The position numbers and the translations under genes are program-made. The notes below the pieces were generated by a model. That model was given only the letters and a program-made list of their open reading frames with translations, was not told where the DNA came from and did no database searches. From Methanobacteriota archaeon (lineage in GTDB: Archaea > Thermoplasmatota > Thermoplasmata > RBG-16-68-12), in NCBI GenBank assembly GCA_005878485.1, contig VBMG01000040.1:1-50975 (forward strand): a DNA stretch of 50,975 bases, given 5' to 3'. Positions within the stretch are counted from its first letter, which is position 1. Each line of letters begins with the position of its first letter. Below, piece by piece: positions 1 to 7,883 of this stretch.

Positions 1-20
1 CCGTTCGCACGGACGGAGGC

Positions 21-986
21 TTGGCGATGAAGGCGACCGCGGTCGCCCATCCGATCCAGGGCCTGATCAAGTATCACGGCCTCGCGGATCCCGTCCTCCG
101 CCTCCCGTTTCACGACTCGATCAGCGTCTGCACGGCCCCGCTCACGAGCCGGACTACGATCGAGTTCGGGGACTTCTCGCGGGACAGCGCGACGATCGAC
201 GGACGGGACGTCACGGTGCGAGACATGGAGCGAATCCGGACCGTCGTCGATGCCATTCGAGCCCGCGCATCCATCAAAACGTCGTTCCGCATGGTGAGCG
301 TGAACGACTTCCCGTCGAACATCGGGTTGGGTGCCAGCGCCTCCGGGTTCGCGGCGCTCGCCTTGGCCGCGGCCCACGCCGCAGGCCTCCGGCTCACCCC
401 GGAAGAAATCTCCCGATTCGCCCGGCGGGGGGCGGGTTCCGCCACGCGATCCGTGACGGGCGGCTTCAGCAAGTGGAAGATGGGCCTGACGGACGAGGAC
501 TCGTACGCGGTCCAACTCGCGGGGGAGGATCTTCAACTGGCGATGATCGTCGCACTCGTCCCCGCCTTTAAGCAGACGGACGACGCGCACCGGGAGGTGC
601 TCACATCACCGTTCTTCCACGCTCGCCTCGCCGAGATGCCCCGCCTGATTGCTGAGATGGAACTCGCGATCCGGAAGCGGGACATCGGAGCGATCTGCGG
701 GCTCGCGGAGCGGGATACCCTCATGCTCCACGGGATCACGATGACGGGCACCGGCGAGATGGTCCTGTGGCAGCCGGACACCCTCCGCGTGATCCTCGCA
801 GTCCGCCGGATGCGGGAATCGGGAATCCCGGCGTTCTTCTCCATCGATACCGGCGCGACGGTCTATGTCAATACCATACCTGAACGGGCGGAAGACGTTC
901 GACGCGGGATCGAGGATCTGGGCATCCAGACCATGCCGTGTCACGTCGGGGGCCCGGCCCGACTCACGCAAGACCACCAATTCTGA
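21..986 (+). CDS. Mevalonate-pathway decarboxylase, diphosphomevalonate decarboxylase family (GHMP-kinase fold)
   Basis: 321-aa ORF. N-terminal AHPIQGLIKYHG and the GHMP-type glycine/serine loop SNIGLGASASGFAAL are typical of MVD/PMD homologues. TTG at 21, ATG at 27, TGA stop. Substrate (diphospho-, phospho- or 3,5-bisphosphomevalonate) cannot be decided by eye. Confidence 0.8.
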   Translation: MAMKATAVAHPIQGLIKYHGLADPVLRLPFHDSISVCTAPLTSRTTIEFGDFSRDSATIDGRDVTVRDMERIRTVVDAIRARASIKTSFRMVSVNDFPSNIGLGASASGFAALALAAAHAAGLRLTPEEISRFARRGAGSATRSVTGGFSKWKMGLTDEDSYAVQLAGEDLQLAMIVALVPAFKQTDDAHREVLTSPFFHARLAEMPRLIAEMELAIRKRDIGAICGLAERDTLMLHGITMTGTGEMVLWQPDTLRVILAVRRMRESGIPAFFSIDTGATVYVNTIPERAEDVRRGIEDLGIQTMPCHVGGPARLTQDHQF

Positions 987-1093
987 GGCGGCGCCACCCG
1001 ACACCGCGGCCTGTGCGACTCGTCAAAGTTCGCGAGGCACCGGGGCGACATTCAAATGGATTTATTTAAGTGTAGGAGGATATAATTCCGGCC

Positions 1094-2350
1094 TCACCAG
1101 GGAACCCGGAGCCGACCGATGGGTCCCGCGACGGCAATCGAACTTGCCGACGGCAGGAAGTATCTTCGCGCGAGGTTCCGGATGCGCTCCTCGGTCAGCT
1201 CGCCGACGATGTCCGCGTACCGCTCGAGGAAGTCCATCCCGAGCCCGTGGTACTCCATGCGGTGAAGTTCCCCGGCGACCTCGGCATTCCGCTCGAGGGA
1301 CACGACGAGAGAGCCGGTCTGATTCTCCTTCCCATCCCGGACCTCCTCCAAGGAGAAGGGCTCCGTCCGCAGGCGATCCATCTCCGCGCGGATCGATTCG
1401 ATCGCCTTCCCCAGATTCGAGGGGTTCACGCCCGCCGAGATCGTCCACATGCCGCCCGCGGTCCGCGCGTCGAGGTTCGAGAACGCGTAGTAGGCGAGGC
1501 CTTGTTCATCCCGGAGGTTCCTCCCGAGGCGGCCGTACAGGCCGATCCGCCCGAACAGGAGGTTCGCCAGGTTCAGCGCATAGTAGTCCTCGTGACGCCG
1601 GGGGACGCCCGGCGCGCCGATCACGATGTCAACCTGGGACTTGTGGGGCATCGGAATCCGGACGGACCCGGGTCGGTGGGGACGCGGGGGCGGGATCGCC
1701 TCGGCGCCGCCATCGCCGCGGAGGCGGGAGAGCGGCGTCGCAATTCCCTCGTCGATCAGGGCGCGATCGACGTCCCCCGTGACCGCGAGGATGAGCCCCT
1801 CCGGGCCGACGTGGGCCTCGTGGAACGAGACGATGTCCCCCCGCCGGACCCGTTGGACGCGGGATGGATCGCCTTTGGGCTCCCGGCCGTACGGATGGTC
1901 CTTCGGGAAGACGAGCCGGGACACCTCCCGGACGGCGCGGTGGTGCGTGTCGTCCGCTTCGATGCGGAGGTCGTTCTGCAGCTCCGCGCGGATCCGCTCG
2001 ACTTCCTTCGATGGGAACGCCGGCTCGGAGAGGCAATCGACGAGAATCCGGACCGTTTCCGCCGCCGTCTCGCGGGTACACCGCCCTTGGAAGGACAGGA
2101 CCTCGTCCCCGTTCCGGAACTCGAGGGTCGCGCCGATCCCCTCGAGGCGATCCGCGAGCTTCGCGGCGCCCATCCGGCGCGTCCCGCTCAGCAACAACCG
2201 CGACGTGAACTCGGCCAGGCCGAACTCGCTCCCCTCCGCCGCGACCCCGGCGGGCACCGTGCCCCGGAACGCGATGAACGGGTTCGAGGGCAGCGCGACC
2301 GACACGAGGATCGCGCCGTTCTCCAGGACGGTCCGGTCCGGGAGGTTCAC
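1094..2350 (-). CDS. M16 (pitrilysin) family peptidase, non-catalytic subunit-like (no HxxEH)
   Basis: The track ORF 1094..2824 has an R/G/P-rich N-terminal extension that overlaps the upstream gene. An in-frame GTG at 2350 forms a GTGA start/stop overlap with the upstream M16 gene (TGA 2347-2349). From VNLPDRTVLENGAILV the sequence has M16 architecture, but GLAEFTSRLL sits where HxxEH would be. Confidence 0.75.
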   Translation of the reverse strand: MNLPDRTVLENGAILVSVALPSNPFIAFRGTVPAGVAAEGSEFGLAEFTSRLLLSGTRRMGAAKLADRLEGIGATLEFRNGDEVLSFQGRCTRETAAETVRILVDCLSEPAFPSKEVERIRAELQNDLRIEADDTHHRAVREVSRLVFPKDHPYGREPKGDPSRVQRVRRGDIVSFHEAHVGPEGLILAVTGDVDRALIDEGIATPLSRLRGDGGAEAIPPPRPHRPGSVRIPMPHKSQVDIVIGAPGVPRRHEDYYALNLANLLFGRIGLYGRLGRNLRDEQGLAYYAFSNLDARTAGGMWTISAGVNPSNLGKAIESIRAEMDRLRTEPFSLEEVRDGKENQTGSLVVSLERNAEVAGELHRMEYHGLGMDFLERYADIVGELTEERIRNLARRYFLPSASSIAVAGPIGRLRVPW

Positions 2351-3708
2351 CCGGGGACCTCCTGCGCATGGAATCGGACGACGGTCCGGTGCTCCTCGAC
2401 GAGATACCGGCGGGCGGCCGCGCGGACCTGCTCCGGCCGGACTTTCTCGACCTTCGCGAGGAGCGCCTCCGCGAAGTCCCACGCGCCGAGGCCTTCGCCC
2501 GCGCTGAGCAACATGCCTTGGAACGTGACGCCGTCTTGCTCGTACCGCGCCCAGGCGCGGACCTGTTGGTGGGCCCGAGCGAGTTCCGACTTCGGCGGGG
2601 GCGCCCGTTTCAGCTTCTCGATTTCCCGGTCGAGCACGGCCTCGACACGGTCCAGAGAGGCGCCGGGCGCCAGCGTCGCGTTCGCGATGAGCAAGGAGGG
2701 GTCCAGCTTCGACTCGAGGCGGACGCCGACGTCCGTCGCGAGCTTCGCCTCGACGAGGGCCCGATACAGTCGGTTCGATCGGGGCCGCCAGTCTCCCGCC
2801 GCGAACGGGACGAATCCCCGCCACCCTCCGAGGACGGTCGACAGGAGGACGAGCGCGGGCGTGTCCTCGTGGGCCGCGCCGGGGATGTGCCAGCCGACCG
2901 AGAGGAGGTCCGCGGGACCGGGACGTTCGAGGTCGCTCCGCCGCTCGCCGCGTTGCTCCGGCTCCGCGAGGCGAAGGGGGTCCGGCGGCGCCTCCGGCTG
3001 CAGGCGGCCGAACGCCTCGCGGATGTGCTGCATCGCGACGGCCACGTCGAACCCGCCGACGAGGATCAGGGACGCGTTGTTCGGGGCGTAGAACCGGAGG
3101 TAGTGGCGGTACAGCGGGTCGCGGGCGAGGGTCGCGAGGTCCTGCTTATACCCGATCGCCGTCCAATGGTACGGGTGGACGTGGAACGCGAGCCCCCACA
3201 GCTCCTCCTCGACCGCGAAGTCGGGCTGGTTCTCCGCGCCTTCCCGTTCGCTGATCACGACCGTGCGTTCCGCCTCGACCTCTTTCGGGTCGAACGCCGC
3301 GTTGCGCATCCGCTCCGACTCGATCATCAGGGCCGTGTCCAGCGCGGTCGCGGGGATCGTCTCGAAGTACATCGTGTAGTCCGTGTCGGTGAAGGCGTTC
3401 ATCTTGCCGCCGAGGCGGGAGATCAGCTTGTCGATGTCCCCCTTCGCGAGCTTGCCGCCGCCCTTGAACAGCATGTGCTCGACCCAATGGGTGGAGCCGG
3501 TCATGCCGGGGACCTCGTTCCGCGAGCCGATCCGGTAGACGACCCACGTGGACAGGGCCTTCGTGTCCGGGATCGGCCGGAGGATCACCTTCAGGCCGTT
3601 GCCCAGGGTCTCCACGTGGGTGGGCATCTGAGGCGCGGGAACGCGGGCGCGCGATATCAAGTTGCCCGACGCGAACGGAGACGGAAATTCGCCGAGAGGC
3701 TTGCGCAT
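2347..3708 (-). CDS. M16 (pitrilysin) family zinc peptidase, catalytic subunit-like
   Basis: 453-aa ORF. Inverted zincin motif HWVEH within GSTHWVEHMLFKG, and the N-terminal LGNGLKVIL start typical of M16. An alternative ATG at 3627 (MPTHVETLGNG) is equally plausible. Confidence 0.85.
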   Translation of the reverse strand: MRKPLGEFPSPFASGNLISRARVPAPQMPTHVETLGNGLKVILRPIPDTKALSTWVVYRIGSRNEVPGMTGSTHWVEHMLFKGGGKLAKGDIDKLISRLGGKMNAFTDTDYTMYFETIPATALDTALMIESERMRNAAFDPKEVEAERTVVISEREGAENQPDFAVEEELWGLAFHVHPYHWTAIGYKQDLATLARDPLYRHYLRFYAPNNASLILVGGFDVAVAMQHIREAFGRLQPEAPPDPLRLAEPEQRGERRSDLERPGPADLLSVGWHIPGAAHEDTPALVLLSTVLGGWRGFVPFAAGDWRPRSNRLYRALVEAKLATDVGVRLESKLDPSLLIANATLAPGASLDRVEAVLDREIEKLKRAPPPKSELARAHQQVRAWARYEQDGVTFQGMLLSAGEGLGAWDFAEALLAKVEKVRPEQVRAAARRYLVEEHRTVVRFHAQEVPG

Positions 3709-4732
3709 TTATGGGGGACCCGCCGAAACTGTGGTACTCAATTGGAAATGGCCGGGGGACCTTTTGCATTCAGCGCCTTCATTCGTTGGCGAAGGTTCTC
3801 CCGGAACGCTATCACTTTGCGGGGATGGCGCGCAAATTCGCTCGCTGCCCGACCCTGGCGAGTGGCCTTCTTGTGGTCGACCAACGCCAGCATGACCATC
3901 GCGTGACGCCGCTTCACAATAAGATACGGCAGGACCGACAAGAGAAGACGTTCGACCATGCCATCACTCCAAATCAGTTGGTAGGCGTGCCGCCATCCAA
4001 CTCTTGCTGAGGGCTGGTTTGTCATGATTCCTCCAAACCGCCCGCGAATCTCTTCCAGCACGGGCTTGTCGGTGTTCCCGATTGATATTCTTGCACGGTA
4101 CTGAGAGTTACCGTTTGAATCGGTAGACTTTGGAATCATCAAACAACCCTCCGCATCGATGAACCCGGCGAGGTATTTTGATAAGCGCCGCCTCCTGTCT
4201 AGGCGCGCGTTGGGGGACGTGCCACTTCCACGCACAGCCTTGCCCTTCATATTCAACCGGGCTAGACGGTTGTGGAATCGCGCTCGGAATTCCAGTTCTG
4301 CCTCGGACAGAGGAAGGAGGTGACCGCCCGAGTCCCGACTCCGACGGCAAGCTTGGAGGTGTGCATTGAATTCGAGCAGCGCCACGGCTTGTTTCGACTT
4401 CACGCGCAAGTGGCGAACCAGCATCTTCAGCAACTTGGCAGCGGCAGCATTCGTCCAGATCAGCGCGTAGCTCGGTTTCCACGCCGGACGCCTCTGTCCA
4501 ACCGCAGAGAGGGAGCCGCCCCACCTACGCCGAATGGAGACCAGGACGCGACGATCCGTGTTATAGGCGCACAACCGCAGGCAATATTCGGGTGAACGGC
4601 GCCTCCGACGAATCCGCGCCAGTGCCAGGTAGCCTTCGCCGTCCATGAAACCGGCGAGGTACTCGATCGAAACCAACTACAATACACGGAGTGGAGGGGT
4701 AACTAGCTTCGGGCGAGGGATAGGTGAAAGTG
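3709..4732 (-). mobile_element. Putative homing-endonuclease insertion filling the gap between the Pup-like ORF and the M16 genes
   Basis: The LAGLIDADG ORF plus short flanks occupies exactly the space between the TAG stop of the small ORF (4733) and the ATG of the M16 gene (3708). The segment is more AT-rich than its neighbours. I saw no terminal repeats, intron or intein context. Confidence 0.4.
3738..4676 (-). CDS. Free-standing double-motif LAGLIDADG homing endonuclease
   Basis: 312-aa ORF with two LAGLIDADG motifs about 165 aa apart: YLAGFMDGEGY at the N-terminus and YLAGFIDAEGC mid-protein. TTG start at 4676, TGA stop. GC is visibly lower than in the flanking genes. Confidence 0.85.
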   Translation of the reverse strand: MVSIEYLAGFMDGEGYLALARIRRRRRSPEYCLRLCAYNTDRRVLVSIRRRWGGSLSAVGQRRPAWKPSYALIWTNAAAAKLLKMLVRHLRVKSKQAVALLEFNAHLQACRRSRDSGGHLLPLSEAELEFRARFHNRLARLNMKGKAVRGSGTSPNARLDRRRRLSKYLAGFIDAEGCLMIPKSTDSNGNSQYRARISIGNTDKPVLEEIRGRFGGIMTNQPSARVGWRHAYQLIWSDGMVERLLLSVLPYLIVKRRHAMVMLALVDHKKATRQGRAASEFARHPRKVIAFRENLRQRMKALNAKGPPAISN

Positions 4733-4909
4733 CTATGCCCGTCGATCTCCTCCCTGACCCTTCTGGGCTTTAAATTTGGCACTTTCCAGGTCGAGCTCGA
4801 AATCTTCTTCCTTGACTTCGCCAGGGGTGAAGACCTTGCCGGCTTCAAATTCGAGCTTCTTTTCCTGCTTCTTTCGCTTCTTCGGCCGTTCCTCAACTTG
4901 CTGTTGCAT
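4733..4909 (-). CDS. Candidate Pup/UBact-like small protein modifier (58 aa)
   Basis: ATG at 4909 is preceded by GGAGG 7 nt upstream and overlaps the ligase stop codon by 17 nt (translational coupling). Sequence: MQQQVEERPKKRKKQEKKLEFEAGKVFTPGEVKEEDFELDLESAKFKAQKGQGGDRRA. It is charged, predicted disordered, and has an EDF...QKGQ tail resembling the Pup C-terminus. It sits immediately after a PafA/Dop homologue, as pup follows dop in bacteria. The track ORF starts at 4933. Confidence 0.45.
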   Translation of the reverse strand: MQQQVEERPKKRKKQEKKLEFEAGKVFTPGEVKEEDFELDLESAKFKAQKGQGGDRRA

Positions 4910-6188
4910 AGGGTGCCTCCAGTTTTGTGGCATAGGGATCTAGGAGATCGATACGCCTCCGCGTTCCGTCGTTCACGATCAATACTGACCAATCGATCAT
5001 CTCGATATTGAAGGTGTCGCACAGCTCCCGACGAAGGTGTGCTCGGCTGTCATCGGGCGGCTCCTGAATCGCACGCTTGATCGCCTCGTCGTCCGTGATC
5101 CGGTCGAGCAGCCCGGCGCGCTGCCGCTTGTAGAACAAGGATCGATCCATCCCGATTTCCGAGTACTGCTTGCAGGCCATCATCTCGACGTCGGGCCCGG
5201 CCTTCTTCTCGAGCGCCTCTTGGATCGCGTAGTACCGGTCGAGCCACTCGACCCGACGTGCCGCGTCCTTCGATCGGCGGCCTTCGAGGTCGTCCAGGAC
5301 CTCCTCGAGCGTGCGCAGCGCCCGGTGTTCCCACTCGTCCTCGACGAGGGTCTCGATCTTCTCGAGGTAGTACCGCTGCACGTCGATCGGAGAGACGATA
5401 GACCCGTCCTCGAGCTCGACCTTCCACTGCTCGGGATTCCGGATCTCCACGTTGCGCCAGACGTCCTTCACGGGATCCTTGATCCGCGGCACGTCGGCGA
5501 GGGCGTCGGCCTCCATGAGCCGCAGGATCGCGGACGTCGTGAAGTGTCGGAGCATGATCGCGGTCTCGTTCATCAGGGCGTCCCCGACGATCACGTGGAG
5601 GCGGCGCCAGAGGCGTCCGTCCGCGTGCGGCTCGTCCCGCGTGTTCAACAAGCCGGTATCGTGCATCGTCTCCCCGCTGATGACCTGCGACGTGAGGAAG
5701 GCCATCGGCGACAGGACGTACTTCCCGCGGACGATGTCCCCCGCCCCCGTATACACGAACCGCGTCGCGAGGTGCGGCACGAGTTCGCGGATGAACCGGG
5801 CCGGGAACGCGACGTCCCGGGACACGCAGTAGTTCTCGTGGGACCCGTACGATGTGCCGTCCGGGGAGGTGTTGTTCTTGAACGCGTGGATCTTCGTCTC
5901 CCCGGTGTACTTCTCCTCCATGATCCGTCGGAGCCAGTCGAGGATCTTCTCCCCGGCCTTCTCCCAGATCACGACATCGTGAAAGTTCGTCGTCTCCGCG
6001 GTGCTGACCTCGAAATGCCCGACGTCGTAGTAGACGCGCGAGCCGTTCGTGATGAACTCGCCGGCGAGGTGCAGGTCGGAGTCCCGCAGGAGGTCGAGCG
6101 CCATCATGTGCGGATCGAACCCCATCGTGCCCATCTTGCGGCAGTACAGCGTGTACTCGTGCTCGGTCCCCTGGACCATCTTCTTCAT
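4893..6188 (-). CDS. Pup-ligase/deamidase family protein (PafA/Dop homologue)
   Basis: 431-aa ORF carrying the family motifs GTEHEY (N-terminal GxExE), YYDVGHFEVSTAE, YGSHENY and LNTRDEPHADGRLWRRLHVIVGDALMNE. The ATG at 6188 lies 3 nt after the TGA of the upstream ATPase. Confidence 0.85.
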   Translation of the reverse strand: MKKMVQGTEHEYTLYCRKMGTMGFDPHMMALDLLRDSDLHLAGEFITNGSRVYYDVGHFEVSTAETTNFHDVVIWEKAGEKILDWLRRIMEEKYTGETKIHAFKNNTSPDGTSYGSHENYCVSRDVAFPARFIRELVPHLATRFVYTGAGDIVRGKYVLSPMAFLTSQVISGETMHDTGLLNTRDEPHADGRLWRRLHVIVGDALMNETAIMLRHFTTSAILRLMEADALADVPRIKDPVKDVWRNVEIRNPEQWKVELEDGSIVSPIDVQRYYLEKIETLVEDEWEHRALRTLEEVLDDLEGRRSKDAARRVEWLDRYYAIQEALEKKAGPDVEMMACKQYSEIGMDRSLFYKRQRAGLLDRITDDEAIKRAIQEPPDDSRAHLRRELCDTFNIEMIDWSVLIVNDGTRRRIDLLDPYATKLEAPYATAS

Positions 6189-6191
6189 GCG

Positions 6192-7751
6192 TCACCCGAC
6201 CATCGGGTCCGCACCGGTCCGGAAGACCTCCCGCTGGCGCTTCTCGTAGACGTACATCTCCGTGATCGCGTGCTCCTTACTCTCCTCGTCGATCGCCATC
6301 TCGAGGTCCTTGAGGGTGAGGCCCTCCTTCTTCCGGTCGGCCTTCTTGAGGGCGATGACCCGCTTCACGAAGTTCTTCTTCGCGGTCGTGACGATCGCCT
6401 CGATGATCGCGCCGGAGATGATGTCCTTCCGCTTCACGGTCTTGATCGCCTCTTTTGCTTCCGTGTCGAGCTTGACCTTGACCCACTTGTTTTCGCCGTA
6501 CAGCTCATCGAGCACGTACCGGCGGAGCGCCTCGATCGCTTCCTTGTGCCCACCGTACGTCTCTTCGAGGCTCGCGGCCGCAGGGAGGTCCTCGCTCAGG
6601 TAGATGCGGAGGACCTCCTCCGCCGCCTTCCGGTCCGGGCGCGGGATGTCGATGATTTCGTCGAACCGGCCGGGTCGGAGCAGCGCCGGGTCCACGAGGT
6701 CCGCCCGGTTCGTCGCCCCGATCACGAAGACATCGTGCAGTTCGACGAGTCCGTCCATCTCGCTGAGGATCTGGGCGATGATGTTCTTGTGGACGCCGGA
6801 CGTGTCCATCATGCCGCGGACCGTGAAGAGGGCCTCGATCTCATCGAAGAACACGATGCTCGGCTTCTTCTCGTGCGCCTGGCGGAAGATCTCCTTGATG
6901 ATCCGCTCGCTCTCCCCGACCCACTTCGACAGGACGTCCGCGATGCTGACGTTGAAGAACGTCATGTCGTTCTCCGTCGCGATCGCTTTCACGAGCAACG
7001 TCTTCCCACACCCGGGCGGGCCGTACAAGAGGATGCCGCGCGGCGCCTCGAGGGAGATCTGTTGGAACAGTTTCGCCTCTTGGTACGGGAGCACGACGAC
7101 GTCCTTGATCCGCTCGATCGCCTCCGCGAGCCCCCCGATCTGCGCGTACTTCACGTTCGGCTTCTCCCCCAGGAGGAGCGACTTGACCTCGAGGTTCGGG
7201 AGGACATCGAGCACCTCCATCGTCGGCGGGAGGACGCCGATCTGGAATCCGGGCTTCAGCTTCTTGTAGACGTTCTTGTCGCAATCGATCAGGCGTTTCT
7301 CCATGTCCCCTTCGACCGAGATGACGAGCTTGCCGTCCAGCATGTCGACGACTTTCGCGATGACGCCTTCGTTCCGGACCGCGCTGCCCTCGACGATCGC
7401 GTACGTCTGCGGGTGGACCCAGACGTACTGGCCTACGCCGAGCTGGGACTTGTCCACGAGCCCGGTTGAGACCTTCAGCAGTTCCGTCGCCCGCGCCACG
7501 ACCACTTGGTTTCCGTCGAGGTCGGGCCCCTCCTTGCGAACGACGTACGCGTAGAGGAGCGGAGGCTGTTTGATCTTGTTGAACTTGTCCTCGTAGGCCT
7601 TCAGCCGGTACTCCCGCTCCTCAATTTCGTACCGGAACGAGTGCAGGTCCCGTTCGTACTGGCGACGGAGCCGGTCCATCTTCTCTTCGAACTCGTCCCG
7701 AACTTCTTCCGCCGACTTGGACACCTTCCCGTCGCTTTCGTCGCTTACCAT
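6192..7751 (-). CDS. ARC/Mpa-like AAA+ ATPase (N-terminal coiled coil, double-OB-sized linker, single AAA module)
   Basis: Start chosen at ATG 7751 (MVSDESDGK), with GGTGAT 6 nt upstream; the track ORF extends to 7871. It has a coiled-coil N-terminus, about 150 aa before the AAA module, Walker A GPPGCGKT, Walker B IVFFDEIE and ATNRADLVDPALLRPGRFD. The Cys-containing P-loop and FFDE resemble Mpa/ARC more than PAN. The C-terminus ...RTGADPMVG lacks a penultimate Tyr. Confidence 0.85.
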   Translation of the reverse strand: MVSDESDGKVSKSAEEVRDEFEEKMDRLRRQYERDLHSFRYEIEEREYRLKAYEDKFNKIKQPPLLYAYVVRKEGPDLDGNQVVVARATELLKVSTGLVDKSQLGVGQYVWVHPQTYAIVEGSAVRNEGVIAKVVDMLDGKLVISVEGDMEKRLIDCDKNVYKKLKPGFQIGVLPPTMEVLDVLPNLEVKSLLLGEKPNVKYAQIGGLAEAIERIKDVVVLPYQEAKLFQQISLEAPRGILLYGPPGCGKTLLVKAIATENDMTFFNVSIADVLSKWVGESERIIKEIFRQAHEKKPSIVFFDEIEALFTVRGMMDTSGVHKNIIAQILSEMDGLVELHDVFVIGATNRADLVDPALLRPGRFDEIIDIPRPDRKAAEEVLRIYLSEDLPAAASLEETYGGHKEAIEALRRYVLDELYGENKWVKVKLDTEAKEAIKTVKRKDIISGAIIEAIVTTAKKNFVKRVIALKKADRKKEGLTLKDLEMAIDEESKEHAITEMYVYEKRQREVFRTGADPMVG

Positions 7752-7875
7752 TTGTGAATCACCGCGCGCGTCCGCCCACGGTTCGACCGGAACTCGAGGG
7801 CATCCGCTCTGTGGACGCGTGTCTGTGGAACAAGAGACTGCCTCGTCCCATCCCTTGTTAGAAAGTGGCATCCCG

Positions 7876-7883
7876 AATTAAAG
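7876..7883 (-). promoter_or_regulatory. Possible TATA box for the ATPase-ligase-modifier operon
   Basis: The minus strand reads AAAAGCTTTAATTCGG. This would give a ~100-nt leader to ATG 7751. It is the only AT-rich box in the 373-bp spacer. Confidence 0.25.

Noticed and set aside
2351-2824. 158-aa N-terminal extension of track ORF 1094..2824
   Set aside because: The extension is R/G/P-rich and lies entirely inside the upstream M16 gene. An in-frame GTG at 2350 gives a classical GTGA coupling overlap.
1247-3906. Long plus-strand ORFs 1247..3091, 1626..2507 and 2368..3906 across the M16 genes
   Set aside because: They are antisense to M16 peptidase genes that carry HxxEH and family architecture. 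They are R/P/G-rich with no motifs.
5037-7469. 810-aa plus-strand ORF (and 5050..6195 minus, other frame) overlapping the ATPase and ligase genes
   Set aside because: It lies antisense or out of frame to two genes with unambiguous family motifs. Composition is R/D/L/P/V-rich low complexity, typical of stop-poor frames in GC-rich DNA.
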